From positions 23,002,001 through 23,066,000 of the forward strand of contig CM022672.1 in NCBI GenBank assembly GCA_012295275.1: 64,000 bases of DNA. Reading direction: 5' to 3'. The notes below the pieces were generated by a model that did no database searches, was not told where the DNA came from, and worked only from the letters and a program-made list of their open reading frames with translations. How positions within the stretch are numbered: position 1 is the first letter of the stretch; every line of letters starts with the position of its first letter. The stretch is from Chrysomallon squamiferum. Lineage: Eukaryota > Animalia > Mollusca. The translations under genes were made by a program, and so were the position numbers. This document shows, one piece after another, positions 39,346 through 53,936 of this stretch.

Positions 39346-41159
39346 CCACCCTTGCCAAATAATCTTTTCAAAAAAAGTTCTGATTTTTTTATTTTTTTTT
39401 TTTTTTTTTTATTACAAATTGCTTAAGTGTTGAAGGTTAGCAAAAACACTTTTTAATCTAGTTCATAACAAGATCATGTCATTTACCTGTATCCTATATG
39501 TCACTTTTGGTTTATACAGCTTTGACACGTGAGGTTCTTGGCTCGAATCCAGCTACTTATCCTAATTGTTTTGTACGTATTTTAGCATTTTGTTCTTTAT
39601 AGCTGTGGATAAAGTTTATTTTGGTGACTAAAAAGATTTGCTTAATGTTGTGTAATGAAACCAATGCACATTTGATGTTGTTTTATTTCAGTGAATTGTT
39701 TGTGCAATTGTTTGATTATAAATAGATTTATTTCAAGCTTACGTCAACTACTTAAATTCCTACAATGTCATGTGAATATAGATTAAAAATATACATAAAT
39801 ACAATTTCATCTTGCAGTTTATTGTGCAGATAACACACAATTTTAAATATTTAAATAAATAAATAAACTGTTAAGAAAACGTAATTATTATTGTTATTAT
39901 TTTTATTATTTTTTTTTTTCTTCCAAAAATTCCTAATGAAATAATTAAAACAATGTGACTGTTTTGATTTTCATCAACAGACGATATTCATGCATTGTTC
40001 TTAATAAATGACCTAAATATTTTCCCTATAAGAATCAACAACAACACACACTCAAAAAACAGTTTCGTTTTGAACTAATTTCTTTTCCCCAAACTGTTTA
40101 AGACTGTTTTGACTGTTAATTAACATACACAGATAGTAGATGTTTACGTCTGCGTTTCATCAAAGTGTGGTAATCCCTCTCGTATTAGCCACGTTTTGCA
40201 CTGTTGTTTTGCATTGTGCGAGAGTTCTAAGAACCTGTAATACGCAGTCAACTCATGTTTTCTCTATCACACTAAATCTATGGTTTTAACCGCCGTGGAT
40301 CTGTTTTCTTTGTTACTCTTCAATAACCACACCTGTAAAGGTTTAAAGGCTTGTCTTGGCACAACTCATGATAGGCATATTTAAACTAATTTATTATCAC
40401 TACACATAGTAGTTTTTTTTTTTTTAAATTCTGGTTAAATGATGTCTATAGTGTGTGTATGTATGTCTAGATGGATAAATGTGTGTATGTCTCTATGTAC
40501 ATATAGGTGAATATGTATGTATGTGTGTGTGTGTGTGTGTGTGTGTTTTAATAAGAATACGTTTGTCAGTGTATGTACCTACATTAACAACTAATTAAAA
40601 AGAAATAATAGCCTTTATTGTTATTATTATTATTATTATAACTCAGTACTTTAATTTATTTTGAATATTTAGAAATAGCATATATTATATGACCAAAACT
40701 TTTTAATATTTAGATACTTGTAATATAACTAAACAAATGTTATTCAGAAAGAAAAATTAATAAGATTATATTAAACATACACACACACACATATGAGCTG
40801 GAGCTGATTTTAATGTTGATAAAAGAAATAATTATTTATATCATTCAATATGTATCAAAATATCGATCTACATTAAAAGCTGATTTTTGAAAAAAACGTT
40901 TCACATTTTTTTTTTTTTTAAACTGAATATATAAATATATAAAAAAAAGAATCAAATCACTCACACTTCAGTAGTTATAATATCCTGTTACTTTTTTCCT
41001 ACAAGTAAAATGATCCCAAACCGAATTAAAAAAGCCACTTAATGTTTTTACTTGTTTAAGCCAAGTTTTCACACAGCCGTCTACTGTTCAGTGTAATCAT
41101 AACCTTCAGACTCTGCCGTAAGGTAAAACTAATAATAAATTTTAAAAAAAAGTAATCCT

Positions 41160-41730
41160 CAACGGTTTCCTTCTGCCATCCCAATTACTAACTCTGCCTC
41201 CAATCAGTATGGATACACCCGCCCACCAATAAGCTCAGTCTATCGCTGGCTCGAGTCAGATTGACCACGTTTGTATGGACACTGCAGCTACTGACCGACA
41301 GCGGATTTGTTAAGAGGTTTTTCAGGCCTGGGATAAGTGGATTGAAAGTCCACAGCACCGCGGAGTCGCTCCGTCACTGACAGGGGGAAAGATGGAGTAC
41401 GTCAGAGAGACAGGACTAACATGTGGAGAGTTTTATCCATCGGTGACTGTCTCAGGAATATATCGCTGTCCCCCACCCAACACTCGTTGTTCAAATAAAT
41501 TGGTTTGCAGTAGCTGTCCTTATCACCTGTACGCCAGCAGAAACATCCGTGTTATGAGTCTAAATGAGATTATAAGAGGACAGGGGCAAATCTTTTGTCT
41601 GGACGGTCTAACGTGAGAACAGAGACTTGTGAAAGGTATTAACAAGAGATAAAGGGAGTCAAATAATGGAAACTACAACACTTGACACTGGAATCACAGC
41701 TAACCCGCCCTCGAGCGCTTCGAAAAATAA
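41160..41730. promoter_or_regulatory. Candidate promoter-like CpG-rich island
   Basis: CCAAT at 41181, 41200 and 41226. GC boxes CCCGCCC at 41218 and 41704. CpG is visibly elevated. Confidence 0.4.
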
Positions 41731-41816
41731 ACATTCATTTTGTAAATTAATCAGATATGTATGATGATGTTTCAACGTTGCTTTGGGCTATTTTCTTAAT
41801 TATAATTTTATTGCTA

Positions 41817-41847
<31 letters not shown>

Positions 41848-43128
41848 CCTTAAAAATTTGGAATAGTAGTACTAGAAAATACCATAAGGAAAAGAAATAA
41901 ATGAATGCAAATTACAAGAATGAATTTTGCAAAAGCAACGGATTGAAAAAATGCTGTATTTACAAATATTGATGTAAGCAGCATTTGATTTGACTCATAA
42001 TTATTTTCTTATTATGGCTCTGTTAATATAACTGAAAGAAATAGACTCTTTAATGATCCACTCAAGACATATTTAAATAAACAGTTAGAACTCTTTTTCT
42101 TTCTTTCTTTCTTCTTCTTCTTATTTTTTTAATATTAGCAACAAGGTTTTATTTATATGCATCTTTCCAAACAGAAAAAAAAAAAACAAATACAACAAGC
42201 AAACAAACCAAAAAAAAAACACCAAAAAAACACCCCAAACAATTATAGTACTTCAGCTTTGACAATCCAGTTTTGGAACACTGAATTAAGAATTCGAAAA
42301 AATTAATGAATGAAAGATCGAATAAAATTTTAATTTATTTTGGTCAGTGAGTAATTAATAAAACTATATATATATATATATATATAATAATAATAATTAG
42401 GAGTGAAAATAGCCAACTTCCCATATTGATAACTTAAACAATTAATGACGCAATAAACTGGAATTAAGCAACAGATACGTCAGAAATACCAAACAATGAG
42501 TCAGTAATGTGTTAATATGTGTAATACACACACAAAATACATGGAAATACACATGGTTAGCAAACCATCCAAACACTGCTAAAATTATTCCACGTGCACA
42601 CTGAGAACCGAAGGTGAGATAAAAGCGACCATTAAGACACAAAGCTATGAAATTACAATTCATGGTCATTCATGCCTAATAATTTTACATGAAACATATT
42701 TTTATGTTCAGCTGTTTCCTTGCCTCACTGCGTCTGTAGCATAAAAAATATTTGCAAGCGATCGTAAAGTAACGCAAACCATACTGTGATAAACACGCCA
42801 CCGACACTTTCACACTTTCTGTTACGAAAATGAATGTGTATGTATGTGTGTGTATATTTTATATATATATATACACTTTTCTTTTCTTTTTTTCCTTTTT
42901 TTTTTAGACAAAAAATAATAATTTCCTGTCCTAACAAAGAAGCTGACAATCTCATTTTTTCAACTTGGGTTTCCAAAACGGGTTGAATAACAAAAGTGGA
43001 ATACGACAGTAAAACTACTGTTTGCAAGCATTCCTGACACATACGGAGTTTATGAAACACCTTCTTTGTTATTCACCCATGCATGCACATTTGTCATAAT
43101 GTAACGCCACTCATAGTGTAATATCATC

Positions 43129-43143
43129 CCTGCAGGGGGCACT
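43129..43143 (+). promoter_or_regulatory. CTCF-like motif
   Basis: CCTGCAGGGGGCACT versus consensus CCASYAGRKGGCRS. Confidence 0.4.
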
Positions 43144-43404
43144 GTTTATCAGAGACAGCCAATAAAACTCCACTAAATGATGACAGGCGAAGATTCAGAA
43201 ATCTCATCACCGAGTGCTGATCAGTGGACAAAGCAGCGGGGATGTAATGTACTTAGGAAATCCCACACCATTTACAGTCCGAGTTTTCTTCACTGGGATA
43301 ATCTGCGGTTTCACAAGTATGTCGTTTTTTGAATAAATCGTCAGTGTAAGAATGTTGGTGTTGTTGACTTCTAACTTTAACCTACTTCAGACAGGTGGTG
43401 TGTG

Positions 43405-43925
43405 TGATATACTGATATTAATAATCTATAAGAAGCCTGATATTCTGTTATGTTGATATTGATAAGCAGCAAGATGTTGATATTAAATGTTTCAGGAAGA
43501 GTAATATATTGATATATATATATTTATATATATATTCTTAGTAAGATTGCGTTGATACTAATAAGCTACACGAAGAGTGATACACTGATACGTTGATATT
43601 AATAAGCCACATAGGAAGCATGATATATTGATATTTTGATATTAATAAGCTGTAAGAAGTGAGATATACTGAGATATTGATATTAGTAAGCTACAAGAAG
43701 TCTGATAATGTTTTGATATTAAAATGCTATAGGTAGTATGATATATTGTTATGTTGAAATTAATAAGCTATATGAAGGTGATATATTATTATCCTATAAG
43801 AAAAACTAATTTACTGACTGATAGTATTGGTATTAAAATAAGAATGAATGATTTACTGATATACTGAAGTTAATATACTGATATTATCATAATATACTAA
43901 CAGAGTGAACAATGTACTGATAAAT
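43405..43925. repeat. Degenerate ~41-bp minisatellite
   Basis: The unit resembles ttgatattaataagctacaagaagagtgatatactgatatg, with roughly ten decayed copies. Confidence 0.8.
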
Positions 43926-44096
43926 GTTTTGAGTGGTTGTCTCAAATATATTTTCTTAACGTACAGCACAATCTTAAAAAAATATAAAAAAACATTCTAA
44001 AATATATACGAAATAAATAAATAAGTAAATAAATAAATAATAAAGTAAATAAATTAAAAATTATTTATATAATAAATAAAAGCCTGTAAAAACTCC

Positions 44097-44099
<3 letters not shown>

Positions 44100-44147
<48 letters not shown>
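44100..44147. repeat. (GA)n microsatellite
   Basis: Directly visible. Confidence 0.97.
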
Positions 44148-44150
<3 letters not shown>

Positions 44151-45755
44151 TAAAAAAAAAAAAATGAAAACAAAATAAAACAAATTTATAAACTCAAAAG
44201 CAAAACAAAATTAACAACAACAACAACAGTAATAATAAATAAACACATAAAAATAATTGAAATAATAAGAAGAAATAAAAATAAATAAAACTGAAACTAA
44301 TATTAATAACCCTATCCACCTCCCCCAATAATAAAAATAATAATAATAAAAAAATTAAAATATTAAATAATAATAATAATAATCGTGCTCACCATATGCA
44401 ACAATTCATAATTTATATGTTCCTATACGTATGTCAACTGCTATAACGTCAGACAGAAAAGGGACTTGACCAAAGCACGACGGCCTATTCACACTAAAGA
44501 GACAGAGTTGTCACTGAAGTGACGACGGAGTTAATGATGTGAATGTAAACTTCACATTTACTTTCTTAATGGTCCTCCACTTGTTCGGCACAATAACGAA
44601 GTGTTGGGTTATAAACTCGAGTCACAAGTACGACATGTCATATTCGGTTTCACCGCAGTGATAGCTACAGTTCAAACTTGTAGTTAAGAAAAGAGTATCT
44701 TAAGTAAATAGATCGCAAGTGACGAATTGCTTGTTCTGTTCTAAATGGATGTTTCTGGTGATGTCGGTTCTTGTGTTTGGAACAGAAGTGTTAAAACTGC
44801 AGACTGAATATAAAAAATGATAAATTTTGACAGATATATAGAGGATATTTTTTAATTAATATTATTTAAAACAAACCAAACAAAAACAAACAAATAGCCA
44901 GTTATGGATAAAATTATTTCTGACGATAGGACACATTTTGAAAGAGACCACCACCAACAGCAGCAGTAAATAAATAAATAAATAAATAAATAAATATTGT
45001 TTTTAATGACATCGTGGCTATTATTGAAAATTAATGGTTATCAAGAGTTAGATGTGTGGGTTTTTTCCATATTTAATGATACGAAACCACATCATGAACA
45101 ACTCTTTCAGCAAACCGAAGGTACCAATTTAATATACCAGTTACTTTATTATAGACAGGAAAGTATATTCTTAGATACCAAGTGACCAGCTGACCAACAC
45201 TTACTGTAATTAAAGCAGGATACAGCACTCATGTCTAATTACTAGTTCATTTGAGCTATTTCAGTACAAAAATGTTATTTCATAAACTTTGAAACAGAGC
45301 AAAGATAAATTTAATTTTAAGTTTGATTCTTCATTATTCAGCACTTGTGATGAATTTATCAAACTCCTATGATATCAGGAAATGATAAAACCTTTATATT
45401 CTTTACAATAAAATAAAATTTAAAAAAACCCACTTAAAAAAAAATCATCATCATTATTATTATCATTTAATTTTTATTTTCATATTTTTTATTATATCAG
45501 TTGGAACAGTCTCTACCAGACAAATGTGTTGAATTTCCAGTGAATGTAAGCATGTATCAGATGACTGACTGAAGAGCATTAAGATCCTGTAGCGTTTGTG
45601 TTGTACGAAACATCTCAGAACATTACCTGCCTGGATTGGCCATGACAAGTTAAGTTTCCGCAACATGACAATTATGTTATAATTACTATCATCAGCCAAA
45701 GCACATCTCAACACAAATGTCAAAACTTCATAATTGCAAACAGCCATCCAATTAC

Positions 45756-45861
45756 CCGCCTTTGTCACTGGGCATCCACCCCCACCATGTCATCAAGGGC
45801 TGGACCCAGGAGAAGCTGACACTCCCTGGAATTGTGGAGAACATTCACGGACACCCAGTGG
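45756..45861 (-). other. Candidate non-coding (5' UTR) exon; alternative donor at 45626
   Basis: The minus strand reads gttttattgcaaatttcag|CCACTGGG…AAAGGCGG|gtaatt inside a GC-richer island (45500-46370). All three frames read from the acceptor hit stops. A second donor GCAG|gtaatg has its exon end at 45627. Confidence 0.25.
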
Positions 45862-47319
45862 CTGAAATTTGCAATAAAACATCCTCAGTCATTGTATCAG
45901 TGACACACAGCAAGACATGGGACGCACTTCACCGAACCGTAAAGAATTGAGTGTAGAGAAAATCATCAGCGTGGATGATGATTAAGCCATGTAGAAAATG
46001 GAACATCTAGCTGGGGGCCCACCTTGGCTCTGACAATACACTCTCACCGCCACCAATGAGCACTCTTTTATTGAACCTGCGAAAAAATGCTTCCATTGAG
46101 GATACTTAAGTTGTAAGATGGAGATAAAATGTAGGGTGACAAAGAGAATGGGGAGAGAGTCAGGGATGAAGAGGTGGTGGTAATTCTCTTCCCAGCTGAG
46201 GCTTTGTGTGCCGTGTTTTTCTGCGTTTTCCCTGTCAAAGGTTTGGAGTTAGAGTCAAACAGGGTTCCTGCAGAGACACAGAATTTCATGTTTGCACACT
46301 TGGTTGACCACATTTTGGTGTCACTTGAAAGGCTGCTGGCTTGAGATAAACACCGTTTTTAACTTGCCTGTTTAGTCAGCAACCCCCCCCCAAAAAAAAA
46401 ATAAACAAAAAGAAAATTAACATCTCCACAGTATAAAATTATTTTGAATTTTTTCTTCTTTTATTTCATTTCTGATTTTGAAAAAAAAAAAAAAAAAAAA
46501 AAATTATATATTTTTTTTAAATGCAGACTTAAAGTGAAAACATGCACTAAAATTATTTTTGGTTTCTCTTTTTAAATAAAAATATTTTACAGGAGATTGA
46601 AAGATAATTAAATATAAACAAATAAAAATTTCAGTAGAACTGAAGTTCAAAGTATTTTAAATGCATTGCACATACCAATAAATATATCTAGATTGCAATA
46701 TCTTGATGTCTTGAGAGTTACCTGAAGAGGATTGATCCTGCAATCCACAAAGCCTCAGATGAATGACCTGCCCACAAGAAATACTACGAAAGGGCAACAG
46801 TCAGAATGGTAAAATATTGGAAAGGACACATGACTGACCATAGCAGAACACATTTTTACCACACCAGGGTTTCAACCTTTGACCAAACACTAATCCTCAT
46901 TTCCCTTCTTGCAAACAGTCAGAAGAGATCACTGTGTCAATACACAACAGAGATATTAGAGGTCTGACAGTAATGGAGATTTAATTCAGCTTAAATTGCT
47001 TTAACTGGGCAGAGAGAGACAAACTTATTATTAAGGTGAAGCTAATAGGCACACAATGAAACCCCCCAGACACTTAATGTTGGTTTTGGTTTTAAAAAAA
47101 TTAAGTGTGATGCAGACTGACAGCTGTTATTTCCAAGTAACCTACATTGATTTAAAACAATAGACGCTGTGGTTGATGAAGGAATCATTATTGTACTGAT
47201 GACTGAGTTACTGTTATATAGTATGATTCAGGTGTATGTTGACTGAGTGCTAAAGTGTACTCTGTACATTCATGTTTATATATGTATAAATGTAATAAAG
47301 TTTAAAAATCAGTAGCATT

Positions 47320-47322
<3 letters not shown>

Positions 47323-47374
<52 letters not shown>
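47323..47374. repeat. (TC)n microsatellite
   Basis: Directly visible. Confidence 0.97.
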
Positions 47375-47378
<4 letters not shown>

Positions 47379-49374
47379 TAATTAAATCCATCCTCAAAAC
47401 AAAGGAAGATAAACATTACAGCTACCACTACTTAAGAATTCCTCTTTTGTCATCAGTTTTGTTGAACACTAGTTCTAACAATTAAAAAATAATTAAGATT
47501 AATCTATAATTAATCCCCATTGACACTTTTAATTAATTTGCTGTCAAAATTAATAAATAATAATAATAAAAATGTTAATAATAATAATAACAGTATTATT
47601 TCAAAAGCAATAATCTTAATAAAAAATAATAATAATAAAATAAAAATAAATAAAAATTAAAATGTATAAAATAAAAACAGCAACATGCAAACATTATTTT
47701 TTTCTTAACACTTCACAAAATTCTAATGTCCTACCTTATGAAACCAACACGGGAGCTTTCCAGCCACAATAAGATTAAATTATTGCAGCAAATAAAAAGT
47801 ACACAAATACCAGATCAATAGATGGTGCTCCAAAAATCAAGGAGCGAGTCAAGTTGTATAAAGAACTCCAATTGAGACGGAGTGAAAAGCGTGAACGAAG
47901 AACTCAAACTTGTCTGACGTTAATCAGGCATCTCACAGCTCCAGTGAGCGGCAGAAATAGAGAAAATCTTCAAGCTAAACAATTATTGAACTGAGAAAAA
48001 TTTCTTTCGTCAAGATTTACTGGTCCAAATGAAAACAAGGCAGTAAATTAATCTGATTCTTTCATTTTAGTCGTTCATCAATGCTGTAGCGAAATGTAGG
48101 CCAGACTTTGGGATTTAATTATCCTTATCACCTTACCAAGTAAAGAAAATGATGTTTCTTTATCCAAAACAAAATCTGTGTTAGTGTATGCTGATAAAAG
48201 AGAAAACAAAACAATAATGCCTCAGGTTTTGAGGTGATAGATTTTGCCCAAAGATATTTTTTTTTTTCTGTTTCACTTAAATAAATAGGATTAAAAGGTT
48301 CAGATGTCAAGTAAAATAGATGGTCATTTAAAGAGTTCATCTGATAAACAATTCTCATGTAGAATAAAAATTGTTTAGCAAGAATATTGGTCTTTTGTTC
48401 TATTTCCCACTTCTGCTAATAAGTGGTTTTTGCTTAATTTGCATTTTATTTGAGCTTTGTTATTTGTTTGGCTTTTCCCTAAAGGTTGGGTTTGTCACCA
48501 TCCTATCATTGTTTTTCAGTGGAAAAGTAATCTAGGCCTTGGGAAAGAATAAACATTAGAATTTACTGATAATTTAGTACAATAACAAATACCAAATTGT
48601 GGCAGTTCTTTTTTTTTGTTGTTAAGTCATGAGCAACAAGTCAGTTCTTTCAGCTTTTATTAGAGCCTGTAACTAGTAAATTAATCAAGTTTTCATTTTC
48701 TGTGTTATATTTTACTGTAACAGAACTCAAATCTTGTGTGCCATTAATTTAGCATTTTCTTGAAATTGCTATTTATGTTTAAAAAAGCGCTGATAATAAA
48801 TCAGTTAGTATGTTGTTTATTTTTACCTACTTCCAAACATTTTCCAAAAGTTGAGACAGATTTATAAAAGTTTTTGAAACTTGACATTTTTTCTCCACTG
48901 ATGTCTCACTTCAGGCTGGTTAGACTCCAGTAATCTGTGAGTGGACAGGTTTTAACTGTGATGGATCAGGAAGATATTTCACACAGCTCATCAGTGACTG
49001 AATCATGCTAATTAGACTCGTAAAACAAGTAATTGCCAGAAAGACTCATTTCTAATTACAGAGGGACACGGCCAATAGAAGAGATGAGAGAAAGCAATGC
49101 AATAAATCATGTCTTGTTAGGTGACACTATCAACATGTCCTGGATGCTTATATCTACTGAGCTGTGGCCCCAGACAGGCGAGCTTGAGCCCTAATTGGAT
49201 TAAGATACAAGTATCGTGTTAGATTGTCTCTCTGTAATTATTGTAGTCTCTGTGTACAGCAGTTATCTGAAGATGTTTTATATCTGCTGTGTAAAACTTT
49301 TCTCAGGACTTGAAAGGAGTTCACTGGCTGAGTCAGTTCCTGATGTACCAGTCACAGGAAATGTTCTACTTGGT

Positions 49375-49510
49375 GTATGAATTATTTGCTTTTCTGGTCA
49401 GTGCCTCTTAAATAATGTATTAAAGCTGTAGTTCATGCTTTCCTGTTTTTGGGAAGGTTTGTATAAAATACAGCTTACTGCTAATTGCTAAGAGTAGCCT
49501 GTGCTAAAAG
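49375..49510 (+). mobile_element. Decayed SINE fragment
   Basis: atgctttcctgtttttgggaagg…tataaaat…cttactgctaattgctaagagtagcctgtg. Confidence 0.65.
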
Positions 49511-50549
49511 AATATGATATTTTCGTTTTTTTTCAGTTGTAATAACCACATGAACTTTAATATTTAAAGTGTTGTTTTTTTTTTTTTTTTACCCATATAA
49601 TCATTATTCACTAAAAACTGAATATCAGACTTAATGGTATTAAATTGCCTTTGATGGTTTGGTTCCTTGTAGCAGCAGATTAGGAACATATAGTAACAAA
49701 CTGTTATTGTAAGAATAATATTTGCTACATCAGTAGCAGTAGTGGTTGTAATACCTTTTAATTAAAATGTAATTCTTAGTATATCTTCAAAAATAAAAAC
49801 AAAATCCTTTAAAACTCTTACTACTGAAAAAAAAAAAAAAAAAAAAAAAAAAATAATAATAAATTTAAAAAAACCCCAAAAAAAACTCCCATCTTGAGAA
49901 AAGCCAATATTCAATCCAGAGAATGTTGTAACAGGGAAAGTTTTAATCACAGTAAATGACTAAAACTGTTTTGATAATGTGATTTAAAATAGACTTATTA
50001 TGCCCCAACAGTTAGATAATTAGTGTACTGTGATAACAGACTTCAGCATTAATGATAATGTTGCTGTTTATTGCACATGTGGTCGCAGAGATAGATGTAA
50101 TAATTTTTAAATAATGGCACAGTTTATTTGATTGGTTCTAAGAGAGTGAAATGTAAAAGGTCAGGACTGTTGTAAATTCTTGTGTAATGTTATATTTCAT
50201 AATCATACCTGGGAAAAAAAAAATTGAAACAAAAAAAAAAACAACTAATATTTTAATCATAGTTAAAAAAATTACCTATGCAAAATAATTGATTTTTATA
50301 AAATTAATAAATACTACAACAATACATACTATGCTAGTTACAGCTACTACTGCCACTACTACTACAACATTATTACCATTAAGCAGATTACTACAATTAT
50401 ACCATTACTGTTACTACTTTAATTATTATTGTTGTTGTTAAGCTGTTTAACGAAGCTGTTTTCAAAACGAATAAATATTGTACACAATTTTACAGCATGT
50501 TTGTTCAGTTAAAACATAGATTTCTGAATAATGAATTAAAAGGTAACAT

Positions 50550-50880
50550 TCTTTTTTATTTGGAATTATCAGTTTCTTTTATTTCAAATTCTCATTTATT
50601 TAGAATTATCTGCCACTTATTTTAATTTAGAATAATTATCATTTTCTTTTCATTAGATTATCTAATTATGTGTTTTATCTAGAATAACCTCTTTTATTTA
50701 GAATTATCTGTCATTAATTTGGAACTGTTTGTTTCTTTTGTTTAGAATAATTGTAATTATTTGTTTATTCGTTGTTATGTTTTCAGAATTATCTTTCCTT
50801 TTTTTATTTGAAATGATCAACTCCTTTATTTAAAAATTATCTCTCTTTTTTATTTAGAATATTATGTCATTCTAATTTAA
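50550..50880. repeat. Degenerate ~22-bp repeat (tttatttagaattatct…)
   Basis: Multiple ttt(a/g)gaat(t/a)atc motifs. Confidence 0.7.
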
Positions 50881-52284
50881 ATAAATTAAATACAAATTTC
50901 ACTGAATATGATTGATCTGTGACTTTTCAAATCTTAGGGGAAGTTACCTTAGCTGTAGCCAGTTTAAAGAATAAAAAATTAGAAAATTAATAAAGAACTC
51001 TGATTATCTCTCTCTTGTTCTTTAATCCTCACATCATAACACAGGATTTTACCTGAGATGTTTGATGTGCAGTTACACAATTATTATACTTAATGAGTTA
51101 AAACAAGTTAGTTTTGCTTAATGACCAAAGCATATTCATTAATTTTGTATTATTGACCATCACATTTCAAAAACTGATTTGTTTGCGTCCTGAGTCAACC
51201 CAAAAAATTTGCAACTGCAGTAAATAAATAATATTTTATATGAATTCATTTCAGACACTTGGGTTATTTCATTTTAAAATATTCTCACAAATTGAAATTG
51301 CTATAAATATTTATTTGGCATTTTATTTTTCTCTAAAACATTTTTATTGTAGTTACCTAAAGATAAAGAAAAGGGATAAAAAAAAAGAAGAACATAAAAT
51401 GAAATAAAATAAAATAATATAAATAATAAAAAGATGGAAAAAAAAAGAAGAAAAACATGTAAGAATATCAAAATTTTATTCTGAGAGAACTTAGCAATCC
51501 CTTATTTACTCTTTTTCTGCTTTCCCTTTTAACATATTTTTTTGTTTATTTTTAAATCTTTCAGTTTAAAAAAGCTCTGCTACTTTTAAAATGTATTATT
51601 TTTATTTCTAAACAATTTCAATCGAGCTAAATTTTTAATACGTTTCACTGACAGACAGTACTGAATTTCAATGTATATGTATGAATAAGACTCGTAAAAT
51701 CTCCAGTTTTTACTAAATTAAGAGAAAAAAAAGAAGGCTAACCACTGAAAAACAAATTGTATTGGTTTCGTTTTACACGTGCTAAACAAAATGGCAAGTG
51801 ATAGGTAATCTGCAGATTAAAGAGGTCCTAACATGATGGTAATGGGAAATCAACCACTGTTTTGTGTTGAGTACCACTAAACCATGTTGGTAACACAATA
51901 CAACACTAAAAACACAAAAAAGCAACTGACAGTTTAAAATTTAAAAAAAAAAAAAAGAAAAGATAACTTCTAGGGAATTTTGTGGCCATGAAAGGTGACA
52001 GAGTGTCTTAAAGTAATTATTTTTGATTTATTTTATTTAGGTAAAAAGCAAAAAAATTATTTATGTTCTTTCCTTAATGTGTCAGAGCCTGTTTATATAC
52101 TTTTCTTTTATTCTGAAAAGGTGTAAATGTCAGAGAAAAAAGTGTCAATGTTGGTGGCAAAGTAATAATCAGCCTTGGTGGCTCTGTGAGCGTGATTTGG
52201 TGGTACGATGTTAACTTTAGTGATGCTGTAGTCATAATTAAATTTGTTCATTTACTGTTCAAGACGTTAGGTGTTTTTTTTTTG

Positions 52285-52565
52285 GTGACACTGGACAAGT
52301 TTTATAATGTTAAGCCTTTAATTTCATAGTCACCATTGATACACTGGTCAAGCCATTAATTTCAATGGTATACTGGTCAAAAAATAAATTTCAGTGTTAA
52401 TACTGAACAAAGGTATATTGGTCATTGGTTAGGTAGTCTCGCCTTTAATTTTAATGGCGTACTTGTGAAGCCTGTCATTTCAGTAAAATACTAATCAAGC
52501 TGTTTGTTTTAGTGATATACTGGTCATGTTTTTTAGTTTTGTTGTAGTAAATTTGGTAAACTTAA
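52285..52565. repeat. Degenerate ~29-bp repeat (atactggtcaagcctttaatttca…)
   Basis: actggtca(a/t) and agcc(t/a)ttaatttca recur. Confidence 0.7.
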
Positions 52566-53905
52566 AATTATTTGTAATGTTAAAACAGTTACAATTAATT
52601 TTACAGCAGTTGGTACGTCATAATTATTTGGTGTAGCATTTGTGGTCTAACTTATTGATCAGATGAGTTTGTTTATGTAAAAAGTGTACTGCCATTAAAA
52701 TTTGCATCTCTCAAATCTATTGTTTTCAAATGCACAACAACAACAAAAAAAACCCAAAAATAACCAGCACAAAAACCCCAAAGTAAAACAAAATAAAAAA
52801 AATAAGAAAAAGAAGAGAGACAAATGAAAAAGTGTAAACAATAGAATGAGATTAACAAAGAGAGGATAGAACTGAAATGATAGAGATATCAGAGAAGGAA
52901 AGAGACATATTGTAATAGAAAAACCCTTTCAAAAAGGAGGAAAAAGAGGCAGAGGGATTAACATCAACCATGTAAAATATCCTTTCTTAGGATTAGTTTA
53001 CTGCTGAAAATACAGACCAGTGGTGATAAAACACCCAATGATTGTAGATCTATGGGAGGTTTTTCAATGAAGAGATTACTACAGAATCTCCACATACAGT
53101 ATCTTTGTCACATGGACTACTCAAATCACACGCTATATCCTGGGCAATTTGAAGAGTTAAAATATATCTGAATGTGTTTTATTAAAACTGTCTTATAAAA
53201 TAAACAGCATAAAAATATTTCTCTCTCATAAAAAAATGATTTTTCGTATCATAATCGTTAATTATTCAGAGTATTAGTTCAGAAATGAAACAAGACAGAG
53301 CTATTTTCTGTTCATGCCTGAACAAAGTCCTCAACAATGAGTTTTCTTAGAGGAGGAGTTGGGTAAAAGATTATCTGTTGCAACTGATGAAAGTTGTTCA
53401 TTGAATTAAGGCAGACATATAATATATATTTTTTATCATTACATGTTAAGTATGTTTCAGTACTTACTAATAATAAAGAGTATGGAGATACCATTAAACA
53501 AAAGTAAATGCCAAACACACACACACACAAACACAAACACACATAAATAATATTTTTTTTCTTCTGAGAAATAAAATTGTTAATTTCAGTTATTAGATAT
53601 TACCATATTTATGAATGGATAAAAAGAGGAAATTTTCATTTTTTAACTAATTAATTTTATAAAAACGATGATGGGACAGTGACTGGAAACAGGTGGAACT
53701 TGTGAAGAAGGTCACTGCCTTCTAAAATGGGGAGAAGAAAGAAAATGTTATTATATAAAAATGTGATTTCCTGCAACATGTTAAGGTGTGGCTGCAGCAT
53801 TGTCTAAAGTGTAGAAGTGTAAAGACATCCAGATGGTTCGGAAGAAAAAAGAAAGGAAGTGAAATTATAACAAAAGAGGAAATTATTGGTATACATATAC
53901 GAATA

Positions 53906-53936
<31 letters not shown>

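Noticed and set aside
39520-39560. tRNA-like GGCTCGAATCC
   Set aside because: It is only a B-box-like fragment with no cloverleaf, at most a SINE remnant.
41353-41372. RE1/REST-like CAGCACCGCGGAG
   Set aside because: The right half-site deviates from GGACAG, and REST regulation is not established for this lineage.
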